From assembly GCA_965249575.1 (NCBI GenBank), contig OZ252244.1, forward strand, positions 224,001 through 288,000: a DNA stretch of 64,000 nt, in the 5' to 3' direction. The notes under the pieces were generated by a model. The model saw nothing but the letters and a program-made list of their open reading frames with translations. It ran no database searches and was not told where the DNA came from. The translations under genes were made by a program, and so were the position numbers. This document shows, piece after piece, positions 39,412 through 50,332 of the stretch. This stretch comes from Gemmatimonadales bacterium (GTDB taxonomy: Bacteria > Gemmatimonadota > Gemmatimonadetes > Gemmatimonadales > GWC2-71-9). Position 1 is the first letter of the stretch, and every line of letters starts with the position of its first letter.

Positions 39412-41589
39412 CGTAGCGTCTCCCGTAGAGTGGCCGGCCTCCCCTGCTCGACTGAAAAATAGCGCCCATTCGACCGGATCGTTACGGTCCCGCCTCGATC
39501 CGTCCGAAACACACGAATGCCCCGCTTGGCGAGTCGCTCGAGGACCTCCGGGGCGGGATGCCCGTAGCTGTTCGACCCAACGCTGATCACGGCCGCATCG
39601 GGATCGACCGCTTCGAGCCACGCGGCCGTCGTGCTGCCGGCGGACCCGTGGTGCGCGACTTTCAGCACCTCGACGTCGCCCACCGACCCGAGAAGATGCG
39701 CCTCGGCTGCCGCGCCGATATCGCCGGTGAGTATGGCATCAAACGCGCCGTAGGACACCCGCACCACCACCGAGTTCTCGTTTGGGACGATCTCCTTGCG
39801 AGCCCATGCCGGTGAGGGGTGCAGGACCGCCACGGTGACGGAATCGGCCACGAGGGTATCTCCGGCCCGGGCGGCCCGCCAGGTAGCGCCGGTCCGATCC
39901 AGTGCCTCGAGGTATTCGAGATACAGACGCGTCCCGTGCGCCTGCGCCGGTTCCAACACCAGCGCCGGATCCAGGGCCCGGATGACCGCCGGCACGCCTC
40001 CCAGGTGATCGGCGTCGGCGTGGGTGGCTACCAGGACGTCCAGCCGCGGCACGGCCTGACGCCGAAGAAACGGCAGGACGACGGACCGCCCGGCATCGAT
40101 CCAGAGTGTGCGGGGCCCGGCATCGACGAGGAGCCAGCTCCCCGGGGCGTCCGAATCGCAATCGCATCTCCCTGCCCAACGTCCAGAAAATACAGCGCAA
40201 GACCGGGGTACCGGTCGGTGGCGCACCAAGTGGATTCAGCGGCGATTCCCCAGCTCGATGCGGCAACAGCCGCCGTCAGACGGACGCGGGCGACCGCCCA
40301 CGTGGGTCTGGCGCGGCAGAGCCACACCGTTACATCAGCAGCCCGAACCATGGGACGGCAAACGCGACCCCGGCGGTCTCGCGTATGTGCCCGAACGGGA
40401 CGCGGCTGGCAACCTCGGCGATGCGCTCGAGAATAGCCAGGACGGCACCGGTGCCGGCCGCCATGGTCGAGCCAAGCGCAATGCTTGCGAACAAACCGGG
40501 GACCGCAAATCCGGCAAGCGGGACCGCGGCCAGATTCGCCACGACACCGATGGGTGCGACGGCCCCGAAAACGAACGCGGTAATGGGGGCGGTGGCCACC
40601 GTCGCGCCGACGGACGCGGCGAGCAGGTTCATGAGCGCCGAGCCCCGGACGGACTGAGGCAACATCCTTCGCGCGGTGTCCGTGCCCCACACCGCTGCAG
40701 TGGAAAGCCATGCGCCAACGCTCGTCGCGGCTCCAGGATCGACGCTCACGACCGCAAGCACCGCGACGGCCAGCACCGCCGACGGAGGCGGATGCCGCTG
40801 CCGCAGCCGTCCGGCCGCCTGTACGGTGACAAAGGTGGCCGCTCGAGTAGCGGGCGCTGGAAACCCGAGGAGCGCCACGTAGCACCAGGTGACCGTCGTG
40901 CTCACAACCCACACCCACCGTCTCATGCCCAGCCACCGAAGCGCCAGCAGTACCCACCCGGCGGCGATGCCAACGTGGAGCCCCGAGATGGCGAGGAGGT
41001 GCGCGAGGCCCGCGTCGGCAAACTGCTGCCGAATCGCGGGCTCAAGATCACCTCGGCGGCCAAGGACCAGCGCATGTACGATCGGTGCACGCTCACCGTA
41101 GAGGTGGGCGAGCCGCATGGCCACTTGATCGCGTATCACGAAACGGAGGCCGGCACGGCTACCCAGTAACCGGAAATGGTGTACGCGAAACACACCACCC
41201 CCGCGATAGATCCCCACCGCGACGAGGTGCCGGCCGGCGATAGGGGCGTCCGGCGTCATCCGCAGACGGAGGTCGCCGCCACACCCACCCGCGGCGTGTA
41301 GAACGGCCCCCGATGTAACGCCTCGCCGCCCGGGCCGGTCCTGGACCGCGATGAGCGCCGCGTGTGGCCCCGGTGCCCACTGCGCCGCGCACGTGAGCCG
41401 TTGGGCCAGGCGGTGCACCGTTCCGATTCCCAACCCAACCACGGCGGCGGCAAGGAGATACGAACCGGTGCCCCGCCGAACCAGCGACAGAGCGGCCGCG
41501 GCGATACCAATCGCCGCAGCGCCCCTTGGTACCAAAAAAACGAGGCCGACCCAGAGGCCAGCCCCGAAGGCAATTGCGAGCCGCGCCAC
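39195..41589 (-). pseudogene. comEC: ComEC/Rec2 competence protein with MBL domain, two apparent frameshifts (about 40335 and about 40140)
   Basis: HLLAISGLH in frame 1, FLDVGQGDA in frame 2, THADADHLGG and KVAHHGS in frame 3. Confidence 0.85.
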
Positions 41590-41608
41590 GGACGGCCCTA
41601 GAACGGGG

Positions 41609-41884
41609 TCACCCCCTCCCTCCAGCTCCCGGTGACGGAGCGGGATGACCATCTCGGGGCGATGCCTGCACCCGCCGGAACCCTTCCATCAGTACGACCG
41701 CGACGCTGGCCCGCTCCTGGTCACCCTCCATGGATACGCGCTCGATCACCTCACCCGCGTTTTGCGTGACGTATCGCGGGGAAAGGCGGTTGAGTGCGTA
41801 CACGTACACGTCTTCCTTGCAGAGATCGCACCCACAGAACGTCGGGAAATCGGTTCTCAGCCGGTCGTATTCACTGGCGACCAC
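41609..41884 (-). CDS. comFB: ComFB family protein (start may be a few codons upstream)
   Basis: CGCDLCKEDVYVYALNRLSPRYV motif, preceded in frame by KNVTE. Confidence 0.8.
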   Translation of the reverse strand: MVASEYDRLRTDFPTFCGCDLCKEDVYVYALNRLSPRYVTQNAGEVIERVSMEGDQERASVAVVLMEGFRRVQASPRDGHPAPSPGAGGRG

Positions 41885-41901
41885 ACCCTCCGTAACGTTC
41901 T

Positions 41902-43239
41902 TTACCCCACGACGGTCAACCTCCTCGACACTCGGGCATTCTCAACCCGGGTCCCGGTGAACGTGGCGCCGGTGGTACCGGTGATCGTCACCGTCATGTA
42001 CGAACCCACCAAACTCGGGGACCCATCGACCATCACGACCTTGTTGGTGCGGGTGCGCGCTTGGAGGAAATCTCCACGCCGCGAACGACCCTCCACCAGA
42101 ACCTCCTGTGCCGAACCGACGAGCGCATTGTTCTTCGCACGCGCGGTTCCACGGACGACGTCGATGAGGCGCTCAAGTCGCTCTCCAGCGACCGCATCGG
42201 GAATCCGGTCCGGGATCCGGACAGCGGGCGTCCCGGCCCGGGGTGAGTACCTGAAGGTGTAAGCGTCGTCGAACCCGGCGTCGGTGACGAGACTCACGGT
42301 TTCGAGAAAGTCGCCCTCGGTCTCACCGGGGAAACCCACAATGAGGTCGGTACTGACGGCGAGCCCCGGTATCGCAGCTCGCAGCTTCGCCAGGCAGTCG
42401 AGGTATCCAGAGCGGGTGTAGCGCCGGAGCATCCGCTTCAGGACTCGAGACGATCCGCTCTGCGCCGGAAGGTGGACGTGCTCGCAGACTGCGGGCACCT
42501 CGCCCATCGCCTCCACGACCCGGCTGGTGAAGTCGTTGGGGTGCGGGCTCGTAAACCGCAGTCGCTGCACACCGCCAATCGCCCCCACGGCTCGGAGGAG
42601 GTCGGCGAAATCGTGTTCGCCGTCGTGATAGCTGTTCACTGTTTGTCCGAGGAGTGTGACCTCACTCACGCCGCCGGCGACGAGCCGCTCGATCTCGCGG
42701 CACACGTCCACCAATCTGCGGCTCCGCTCGGGACCGCGCGTCATCGGAACGATGCAAAACGTGCACCGATAATCGCAGCCTCGCTGCACGGTGACGAACG
42801 CGCTCGACGCCGTCTCGCTCCGCGTAGTGACGTCCTCGTAGTGCTCGAGCGGCTTGAAATCTACGTCAGCTGCCCGTTGGCCTATGCGCGCGCCCTCAAT
42901 CAACCCGGGGAGCGAGCGATATCCGTCGGGGCCGGCAACCAGATCGACGTGCGGCGCTTGATCGAGAAGCGTGGGCCCGAGACGCTGTGCCATACACCCC
43001 ACCACACCCAAAACGTCTCCAGCCCGTTTGTGTCGTTTGAGATCGCCCAGCCGACCCACGACGCGTTGTTCCGCGCGGTCGCGCACGGCACATGTATTCA
43101 CCAGCATGACGTCCGCCGTGGCCGGGTCATCGCTCATGACGTACCCGTGGCTCCCAAGCAGCCCCTGAATGAGGTCGCTGTCAGCGACGTTCATCTGACA
43201 CCCGTAGGTCTCGACGTACAGGCTACGCGCTGTAGTCAG
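41902..43239 (-). CDS. miaB: tRNA-2-methylthio-N6-dimethylallyladenosine synthase
   Basis: TYGCQMN, NTCAVR, GCDYRCTFC, LRFTSPHP, C-terminal TRAM domain. Confidence 0.93.
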   Translation of the reverse strand: MTTARSLYVETYGCQMNVADSDLIQGLLGSHGYVMSDDPATADVMLVNTCAVRDRAEQRVVGRLGDLKRHKRAGDVLGVVGCMAQRLGPTLLDQAPHVDLVAGPDGYRSLPGLIEGARIGQRAADVDFKPLEHYEDVTTRSETASSAFVTVQRGCDYRCTFCIVPMTRGPERSRRLVDVCREIERLVAGGVSEVTLLGQTVNSYHDGEHDFADLLRAVGAIGGVQRLRFTSPHPNDFTSRVVEAMGEVPAVCEHVHLPAQSGSSRVLKRMLRRYTRSGYLDCLAKLRAAIPGLAVSTDLIVGFPGETEGDFLETVSLVTDAGFDDAYTFRYSPRAGTPAVRIPDRIPDAVAGERLERLIDVVRGTARAKNNALVGSAQEVLVEGRSRRGDFLQARTRTNKVVMVDGSPSLVGSYMTVTITGTTGATFTGTRVENARVSRRLTVVG

Positions 43240-44492
43240 GTCATTCCTCCGCGAGCCGGTTCGGCATAGAGGCACCCATCTTCCCACCGCATGCGCGCCG
43301 CGACGCGCGGCACCTCGGCAAGATCGGAACAAAGATAGGCCGACAGGTAATCTTCCGTCAGGCACTCCACTCTGCCCTGGCGGTGCCCGGTCACCACCGC
43401 ATCACATGCGGCGCCGTGCCGGGCACGACGGTAGCGCGACCCCTTGTGCGACGCGAGAGAGCGCAGCTCGGCTGCGCGGCGTGATACGGTGTCCGGCGCC
43501 ACCGGTGGGCCCAGCCTGCCCGCCGGTGCGCCGGGTCGCTCCGAATACGGAAAGACGTGTAGGTACGTGAACGGCAGGGCGTCGACGACCGCGACCGTCG
43601 CCTCGAAGTCCCGCTCCAATTCGCCGGGAAACCCCACCATCACGTCCGCTCCCAAGCCGAACGTGGGAAGTCGGGCAGCCAGGCGCTCGAGCCGCGTCAC
43701 ATACCGAGCAGCCGTATACCAATGCCGTCCCATCCGCCGGAGGAGCCGGTCGCTGCCGGACTGCAGCGGCGCGTGAAGGTGCGGAGCGAGCCGGTCAGGT
43801 GCCCCCACCATGAGATCGGCGATACGGTCGTCCACCTCGGTCGCCTCGATGGACGAGAGTCGGAACCGCACGCCTGGCACGCGAGACACCAGGTACTCGA
43901 GCAGTCGTCCGAGGTCTGCCGGGGGCGGCAGATCGGCCCCGTAAGACCCAATGTGCACCCCAGTCAGGACGATCTCCGGATGCCGGGCGGCCAGCGCTTG
44001 GGCCTCTTCCCCGAGGTCACGCATGGGTCGGGAGCGGCTAGCACCTCGCGCAAGAGTCGTAGCGCAAAAAGTGCAGTGCTCGTCGCAGCCGTCCTGAATC
44101 TTGAGCCAGGCCCGGCCGCCCCGGGCGAACGACCGAAGAATCGGGTCGATCTGATCGGTGGCGAGCCCGAGGGCGTCGAGCACGTCGGCGACCCCCGCTC
44201 CACCTACCACGGCCGTGACGCCGGGCAGGGCCGCAATGCGGCCGTCATCGAGAGCGGCGGCACACCCCATCACGACGGTTCGCGTCTCGGGACGCCGCCG
44301 GGCAATCCGCCGGACGAGGCCGCGCATCTTCGCCTCGCCCGTATGCGTCACGGTGCACGAATTCACCACAGCGGCATCGGCACACGCGACGTCATCGGTG
44401 ATGACCGCGCCCGCCGTCTCAAGCGCCTGGCGGACCACCTCCGTGTCGTACTGGTTGGCCTTGCAGCCAAAGGTATGGAGGTAAACGCGCAT
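43236..44492 (-). CDS. mtaB: tRNA t6A methylthiotransferase (MtaB-like)
   Basis: TFGCKANQYD, NSCTVT, KIQDGCDEHCTFC, LHVFPYSER. Confidence 0.88.
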   Translation of the reverse strand: MRVYLHTFGCKANQYDTEVVRQALETAGAVITDDVACADAAVVNSCTVTHTGEAKMRGLVRRIARRRPETRTVVMGCAAALDDGRIAALPGVTAVVGGAGVADVLDALGLATDQIDPILRSFARGGRAWLKIQDGCDEHCTFCATTLARGASRSRPMRDLGEEAQALAARHPEIVLTGVHIGSYGADLPPPADLGRLLEYLVSRVPGVRFRLSSIEATEVDDRIADLMVGAPDRLAPHLHAPLQSGSDRLLRRMGRHWYTAARYVTRLERLAARLPTFGLGADVMVGFPGELERDFEATVAVVDALPFTYLHVFPYSERPGAPAGRLGPPVAPDTVSRRAAELRSLASHKGSRYRRARHGAACDAVVTGHRQGRVECLTEDYLSAYLCSDLAEVPRVAARMRWEDGCLYAEPARGGMT

Positions 44493-45641
44493 TCAGGGCC
44501 GAAGCTGAAGGCCGAGGGCCACCTGCCAGACACGCTCTTTGGCGTTGCCGCCGTCGCGTAGCACGCGCTCGAGACTCAAATCGAGGTTGGCGCGGCCGCC
44601 CGCCATGCTCATCGCGGACCCCATGGCGAGGTCGATTTCCCGCGGCTGCTCGGCGTTCGCGCTGAAGGGCAGTTGCGCCCATCTCACTCCCAGCCGAAGC
44701 GGGAACTTCGATAGCCCGCTCTGGGGACCTCCGATTTCGACTCCCGCCCCGACTTCCCACGTGTCGAATGCGACACCGCGCCCCAGCGGGGCGAGGTCCG
44801 GGGCCGCGTCCGACCAGGTCCGCCGCGTGGCGGTGCCCGAAAACCGGAAAGCTGGATGCGGCGTGTATTGTAGACCGCCCGTGAGCGAGACCGGTAGATC
44901 GACGTCTTCGGTTACCGTGGACGACTGGGACCGCTCGAGGCGCGTGTCGATCCGAACAGCGGCGGCAAGCCAGAGCGTGCTCACCGGCGCGGTCAAGATT
45001 CCCACGGACATGCCGAGGCCCGAGAAACCCTCGTCCACCGAATCCGCGAAGGGCCGCAAGGACGCGTCAGAGAACTGGCGCAGCACTCGGGACTTCGTCC
45101 TCCCACCGAGAATGTGTCCAGCTACACCGACCGAGACCGTCGACAGCGGCGACCACGAGAGCGCTGCCCGCACGTCCGTGATGCCGCCCTTGGAGCTCAC
45201 ACGGTCCACGACGTCGACGGGTTGTCCGCCGACCAGCACTTGGTCGGACGCCGTGACATCGAATGTCCGCTCTGCATACCCGGCGTACCCAACCGAATAT
45301 CCGAATCTGCTGCGGCCCAACGACCCTCCAATCAGCAGCAAGGGAAACGTCGTGGCGCGCAATCCCGTGGCGCTCACGCCACCAGCCGTGTAACTGCGGA
45401 ACTCGGTGGCCCAGGAGGCAGCCACGGTTACGCGAGTGAGCCGGGCCGGCGCGGCCGGGTTGAGCGGTGACTCCGGGTCAAATGCGACGCTGCCACCCCC
45501 CACGGCCCGCGCGGCCACTGCTGCCTGCCGGGCCGGGAACCCAATACCGAGCACCCCGTATGCAGAGTTCTGCGCGGCGAGCGGGAGCGGGAGTGCCGCC
45601 GCCAGAGCGAGTCCGTACACGAGGAGCCGGCGCCCAGTCAT
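44493..45641 (-). CDS. Outer-membrane beta-barrel protein (FadL/OmpP1-like)
   Basis: Signal peptide, QNSAYG..G.G.P, AVGG...NPA, alternating beta strands to the C-terminus. Confidence 0.6.
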   Translation of the reverse strand: MTGRRLLVYGLALAAALPLPLAAQNSAYGVLGIGFPARQAAVAARAVGGGSVAFDPESPLNPAAPARLTRVTVAASWATEFRSYTAGGVSATGLRATTFPLLLIGGSLGRSRFGYSVGYAGYAERTFDVTASDQVLVGGQPVDVVDRVSSKGGITDVRAALSWSPLSTVSVGVAGHILGGRTKSRVLRQFSDASLRPFADSVDEGFSGLGMSVGILTAPVSTLWLAAAVRIDTRLERSQSSTVTEDVDLPVSLTGGLQYTPHPAFRFSGTATRRTWSDAAPDLAPLGRGVAFDTWEVGAGVEIGGPQSGLSKFPLRLGVRWAQLPFSANAEQPREIDLAMGSAMSMAGGRANLDLSLERVLRDGGNAKERVWQVALGLQLRP

Positions 45642-46915
45642 CGGGACGCGCCCACCAGCGTCGGCGTAAACGTGACGTTCAGCACGGGCGTCGCCCCGGG
45701 GGTCCCGGCCGACCCGAAGCGAAGCTCCGTAAGGGCGGCTCCCTCGTTGGCCGGAATCAACATGATCGATCGGGGAAGGAGGCTGTCCCCTCGCCACCCC
45801 GCGATGATGTGCGTGACGTCCACCACCACCGTGTCGGAGTTACCGACGCGCACGAACCCAGCACGAGTCAACGAGTCCGACGGTTGAACGACGAATGGGC
45901 CGCACAGGTTGACGGTACATGTGGGGGATTTCGGTCCGAAGTCGGCGGCGACGGCATACGCCATGACACGAGCCGTGTCGCTCGGCGCCCCGATCGCGGG
46001 CTCCGTAGGCACCAGGAGGAGCCGCGCACGGAGCACCTGAGAAGAGTCGACGATGCTCGAGGGCAGCGCCGTTCGTAACAAGACTCGGGCTGACGGGCTC
46101 CCGCCCACCACGTTGTCGCCAACGGCTACGGGCGGCAGACCCGGTGACAGGAACGTCGTAAAGCGAGCCAGCCGCGCATCGAACCGCTCGACGGACATCC
46201 CGGAGGAATCGGCCTGAACGAACCTGGCCAGGGCCGGCCCTTCGACCGAAAACCTGCCCTCGAGGACCACATAGGCTGGCGCCGGCGCCCTCAGCGCGAC
46301 ACCGATCGCAGTGTTCCGATTGTCCGTATCGAACGTCGGAAAAGCCGATCGCGGCATGACCGCCGCGACTCGGCCGGAGCGCAAAGTGTCGGGTAGGGCG
46401 ATGGTGGCGATGAGCGTGCTAGCGTCAAAGAACGGCGAAACGTCTGCGTGTGTCGTCAGGGTATCGAAACCGAGAGGCATGCGATGGACTAGCAACTCCA
46501 GTCCGCCGACCGCGGCACGCCGCTCAATGACGAGCTCCACACGAAATGAGTCGACGGCCACGACCTCGATGGATGTCGTATCGGAGATCGTGCTGTCCGG
46601 TGGAATCAGGAACACTCTAGTGGGAAACGAGTTGAACTGGACGATCACGCGGCTGTCACCTGACCCAACTGGGGTGGCAACCTGAAGCTGCTGTGCCTCG
46701 TGGGCCGCGACAGACCCACGGAACGAGCTGTCCAGCACGATGGCGTTGGCGATGACCGTGTCCACGGCGCTCAGGGAGACCGACGGGCAAAACTCAGGGC
46801 AGGCTCCTGGTGCCGACACTTCTTCGGCACAGCCCGTGCCCGCGAGCGCTACCAAGCATACACCTACCCACGAGGCCCCCCCGAACTTCACTGCCCCTCT
46901 GCTTCGTCGCGTCAA
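45638..46915 (-). CDS. Hypothetical lipoprotein
   Basis: LAGTGC lipobox; CPEFC; coupled to the downstream OMP gene. Confidence 0.6.
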   Translation of the reverse strand: MTRRSRGAVKFGGASWVGVCLVALAGTGCAEEVSAPGACPEFCPSVSLSAVDTVIANAIVLDSSFRGSVAAHEAQQLQVATPVGSGDSRVIVQFNSFPTRVFLIPPDSTISDTTSIEVVAVDSFRVELVIERRAAVGGLELLVHRMPLGFDTLTTHADVSPFFDASTLIATIALPDTLRSGRVAAVMPRSAFPTFDTDNRNTAIGVALRAPAPAYVVLEGRFSVEGPALARFVQADSSGMSVERFDARLARFTTFLSPGLPPVAVGDNVVGGSPSARVLLRTALPSSIVDSSQVLRARLLLVPTEPAIGAPSDTARVMAYAVAADFGPKSPTCTVNLCGPFVVQPSDSLTRAGFVRVGNSDTVVVDVTHIIAGWRGDSLLPRSIMLIPANEGAALTELRFGSAGTPGATPVLNVTFTPTLVGASR

Positions 46916-47058
46916 GTAATCACTCCGTCGATTCCGAGTTCGGCCCGCTCGAGTCCCCCAAAAGCAGAGCGCCGCGCATACTGTTGCAACACCGGTACGG
47001 TCGTTCAGTGCCCGTGGGCATCAGTTCGCCACGAGGCTTATCCGTGTGCGGGGCGGGG

Positions 47059-48153
47059 CTACCGGCCCTCGTCGGCACCGACATAATCGCGCGGCAGTCG
47101 CACTCCGAGCCTGGCCAGCATCTCGTAGTTGTTAGTGCGCGACCAGGAACCCATCTCCTCCCATGAGATCTCGGCGGTGCCGTCGCGTCCCACCACGGTC
47201 GCCACGTCCCCGACCCCGACCCCGACCTCAGCGGTACCGGCAGACCCCACGTCGACCGTCGTGAGATCCATTGAGATCCGGCCCACGACCGGCCGGCGTA
47301 CGCCGTTGAGCAGCACGTCGGCCCGATTCTGAGCCACCCTGGGCAGGCCGTCGGCATACCCAAACCCGAGCGTCGCTACCCTCGTGTCCGCCGGCGCCAC
47401 CCAATCACCCCCGTACCCCACGGATTCTCCTGAACGGATCGTCCGTACGCTCACTACCCGGGCGCGAACGGACGCAACCGGCCGGGGAGCCGGGAGGTCG
47501 TATCCCATGCGCCCTCCGTACAGGAAGATACCAGGCCGCACGAGGTCGAGGGTCTTCGCCAGCCGGAAGACGCCCGCGCTGTTGGCCACATGCAGGAGCT
47601 CGGGACGGGTCTTGAGACCGTTGACCGCAGCATGGAACCGATCCCACTGGGCCGCGACCGATTCCGGTGATTCATCGGCCGAATGGAGATGGGTAAACGC
47701 CCCCTCGATGGCCGGTGACGCGGAAACGCGGTGCGACTCGTCCCACCGGATTCCTGCACGGCCCATCCCCGTGTCGATCTCCAGATGGTAGGGGAGGTCC
47801 CACTCACCAAGAGTGGCTGGATCGTCGAGCACGGCTCTCAAGTCGTACTGCCGGTAGTGCTCCCGTTGCTCCTGGCGGGCCGGCGTGAAGACGACGATCG
47901 GCCCGCCGATAGAGGCATTCCGCAGCTCTACGGCCTCATCGAGCGTAGCCACGCCGAACCCCCACAACGCCGGTTGGCCCTCGAGCGCGCGCGCGACACG
48001 AATAGCGCCCAGTCCGTACGCGTTCGCTTTGACCATGGGGAGGAGAGCAGCCCCGGGAGCGACATCCCGAATCGCCGCCGCGTTCGCGACCAGATTGGCC
48101 AGGTTTACTTCGACCCAGGCCCGTTCCCTGGGCGCGCGCGTTGACACGTTCAC
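47059..48153 (-). CDS. alr: Alanine racemase
   Basis: MVKANAYGLG, HLEIDTGMGRAG, VRPGIFLYG, GYADG, GRISMD. Confidence 0.95.
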   Translation of the reverse strand: MNVSTRAPRERAWVEVNLANLVANAAAIRDVAPGAALLPMVKANAYGLGAIRVARALEGQPALWGFGVATLDEAVELRNASIGGPIVVFTPARQEQREHYRQYDLRAVLDDPATLGEWDLPYHLEIDTGMGRAGIRWDESHRVSASPAIEGAFTHLHSADESPESVAAQWDRFHAAVNGLKTRPELLHVANSAGVFRLAKTLDLVRPGIFLYGGRMGYDLPAPRPVASVRARVVSVRTIRSGESVGYGGDWVAPADTRVATLGFGYADGLPRVAQNRADVLLNGVRRPVVGRISMDLTTVDVGSAGTAEVGVGVGDVATVVGRDGTAEISWEEMGSWSRTNNYEMLARLGVRLPRDYVGADEGR

Positions 48154-48188
48154 AGCTCGGCCGGTATTGTACCGGCGGGAGAAGCCAA

Positions 48189-48950
48189 ATGCAAGAACCA
48201 TCAGCGCTTGGACGCGTAGTTGAGCTCGTGCGGGACCTCCGCCAACGGTGCCCCTGGGATGCGGCTCAAACGCGTGAGACCCTGCGGCCGTACTTGGTCG
48301 AGGAGGTCATGGAACTCGATCAGGCCCTCTCGCGTGGCGACCTGGGCCTCGTGCGCGCGGAGCTCGGCGACCTATTGCTCCACCTCGCATTTCAGATCGT
48401 CCTGGGCGAGGAGAGCGGATCGTTCGGCGCCGAAGACGTGACGAGGACGATCGAAGACAAGATGCGTCGCCGCCACCCGCACCTGTTCGACGGAGGCGAG
48501 CGACCGGAGTCCTGGGAACGGCAGAAACTCCAAGAGCGCTCAGCACCACATCACAGCGTGTTGGATGGGCTGCCGCCTGGATTACCCCCCCTGATCGCGG
48601 CCACACGGCTGCAAGAGCGCGCGGCTGGAGTCGGGTTCGATTGGCCCGACGTTTCGGGACCGCTCGAGAAGGTGCGGGAAGAGCTAGGAGAGCTCGCGGT
48701 CGAGATCCAAGGGCAATCGTCGGCGGAGCGCATCGAGTCGGAGGTGGGGGATCTACTGTTCGCCGCCATCAACCTGGCCCGGAAAGCCGGTTGCGATGCA
48801 CGCTCGGCTCTCGAAAAGGCTAACCAGCGGTTTCTCGAACGTTTTCGCAAGGTTGAGACAATGGCCGGCGAGCGCGGCATTGACGTTGGATCGGCAGATC
48901 TGAAAGTGCTAGACGAGCTGTGGGAGGAGGCGAAGCGGAGCCTAGCCTGA
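48189..48950 (+). CDS. mazG: Nucleoside triphosphate pyrophosphohydrolase MazG
   Basis: CPWDAAQT..L.PYLVEE, ELGDLL, RRHPHLF, VGFDW, EVGDLLF. Confidence 0.95.
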   Translation: MQEPSALGRVVELVRDLRQRCPWDAAQTRETLRPYLVEEVMELDQALSRGDLGLVRAELGDLLLHLAFQIVLGEESGSFGAEDVTRTIEDKMRRRHPHLFDGGERPESWERQKLQERSAPHHSVLDGLPPGLPPLIAATRLQERAAGVGFDWPDVSGPLEKVREELGELAVEIQGQSSAERIESEVGDLLFAAINLARKAGCDARSALEKANQRFLERFRKVETMAGERGIDVGSADLKVLDELWEEAKRSLA

Positions 48951-48970
48951 GCACGGCTGCCGCGCACCCC

Positions 48971-50269
48971 TCAGGGGCGCAGACGGTGCATCTGACGGGG
49001 AAAGGCGATGGTTTCCCGCACATGCGGAACACCGCAGATCCACGCGACCGTGCGTTCCAGGCCGAGACCAAATCCCGAGTGGACAAAGGTCCCGTACTTC
49101 CGTAGGTCGAGGTACCACCCGTACGCATCTTCCGGCAGTTTTTCTTCACGGATCCGCGCCAACAGTATGTCGTGGTCATCCTCGCGCTGGCTCCCACCGA
49201 TGATCTCGCCATAACCCTCAGGCGCGAGACAATCGTTGTTGAGCACCGTACGCGCATCGTCGGGGTTCTGCTTCATGTAGAATGCTTTGACGTCGCGTGG
49301 GTAGTTGAAGACAAACAGGGGTCTGCCAAACTGTTCGGCGAGTAGCGTCTCCTCGTCAGCTCCCAGGTCCTCCCCCCACTCGATTCCGGCCCCCAGCTCC
49401 CTGAGTTTCGCTACCCCATCGGTATACGAGATGCGGTCAAACGGCGGCACGACCTTCTCGAGGACGGCGGTGTCCCGCTCGAGCTGCTTCAAGTCGTCGG
49501 CCCTCCGGTCGAGGCACCGCGCCACCACGTACGACACGAACGATTCTTGGAGCCGCATGTTGTCGTTCGAATCGTACCACGCTACCTCGGGCTCGATCAT
49601 CCAGAATTCGGCCAAATGACGGCGAGTTTTCGATTTCTCCGCCCGGAAGGTCGGCCCGAAGCAGTACACTTTCCCCAAAGCGGCGGCGGCGGCCTCCACG
49701 TACAGCTGGCCCGTCTGCGCGAGGTAGGCCTTGCCCAGATCGAAGTAATCCGTTTCGAAGAGGCTCCCACTCGACTCACCCACTGCTGCGGTGAGGAGGG
49801 GAGAATCGACCAGAATGAAATCCCGCTCATAGAAAAAGTCTCGTATCGCCTGAATGATCTCATGGCGTATTCGCAGGATGGCTACCTGATTGCGGTTTCG
49901 CAGCCAGAGATGCCGATGCTCGAACAGATAGGTCAGGCCGTGCTCTTTCGGCGTGATAGGAAAGTCGGGGCTCTCGCCCAAGATCTCGAGGTCGATTAAC
50001 GCGAGCTCGACCCCACCCGGAGACCGCACGTCTTCTCGCACCTCACCTCTGACGGCAACCGCCGTCTCCTGGGTGAGCCTCCTGATCTCCTCCCAGACAG
50101 AAGAGGACACTTCCCGCTTGACCGCAACCACCTGCAGGTAGCCGGTGCCGTCGCGCAGCACAACGAAGGCCACTTTCCCGCTCGAGCGGGTGGTGACGAC
50201 CCAACCCCGGATGGTGGCTTCACGACCAATCGCGTTACGAAGACCGCGGATACGTGGAATGTCTTGCAT
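48971..50269 (-). CDS. asnS: Asparagine--tRNA ligase
   Basis: LRDGTG, AYLAQTGQLY, FRAEKSKTRRH, GEIIGGSQRE, GFGLGLER. Confidence 0.95.
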   Translation of the reverse strand: MQDIPRIRGLRNAIGREATIRGWVVTTRSSGKVAFVVLRDGTGYLQVVAVKREVSSSVWEEIRRLTQETAVAVRGEVREDVRSPGGVELALIDLEILGESPDFPITPKEHGLTYLFEHRHLWLRNRNQVAILRIRHEIIQAIRDFFYERDFILVDSPLLTAAVGESSGSLFETDYFDLGKAYLAQTGQLYVEAAAAALGKVYCFGPTFRAEKSKTRRHLAEFWMIEPEVAWYDSNDNMRLQESFVSYVVARCLDRRADDLKQLERDTAVLEKVVPPFDRISYTDGVAKLRELGAGIEWGEDLGADEETLLAEQFGRPLFVFNYPRDVKAFYMKQNPDDARTVLNNDCLAPEGYGEIIGGSQREDDHDILLARIREEKLPEDAYGWYLDLRKYGTFVHSGFGLGLERTVAWICGVPHVRETIAFPRQMHRLRP

Positions 50270-50332
50270 TGGGCGCGAATCCTATCGCTCGCCGTTCCGG
50301 GTGTCAAACGCGTTTGCCCGGCGTGCCCGCGA

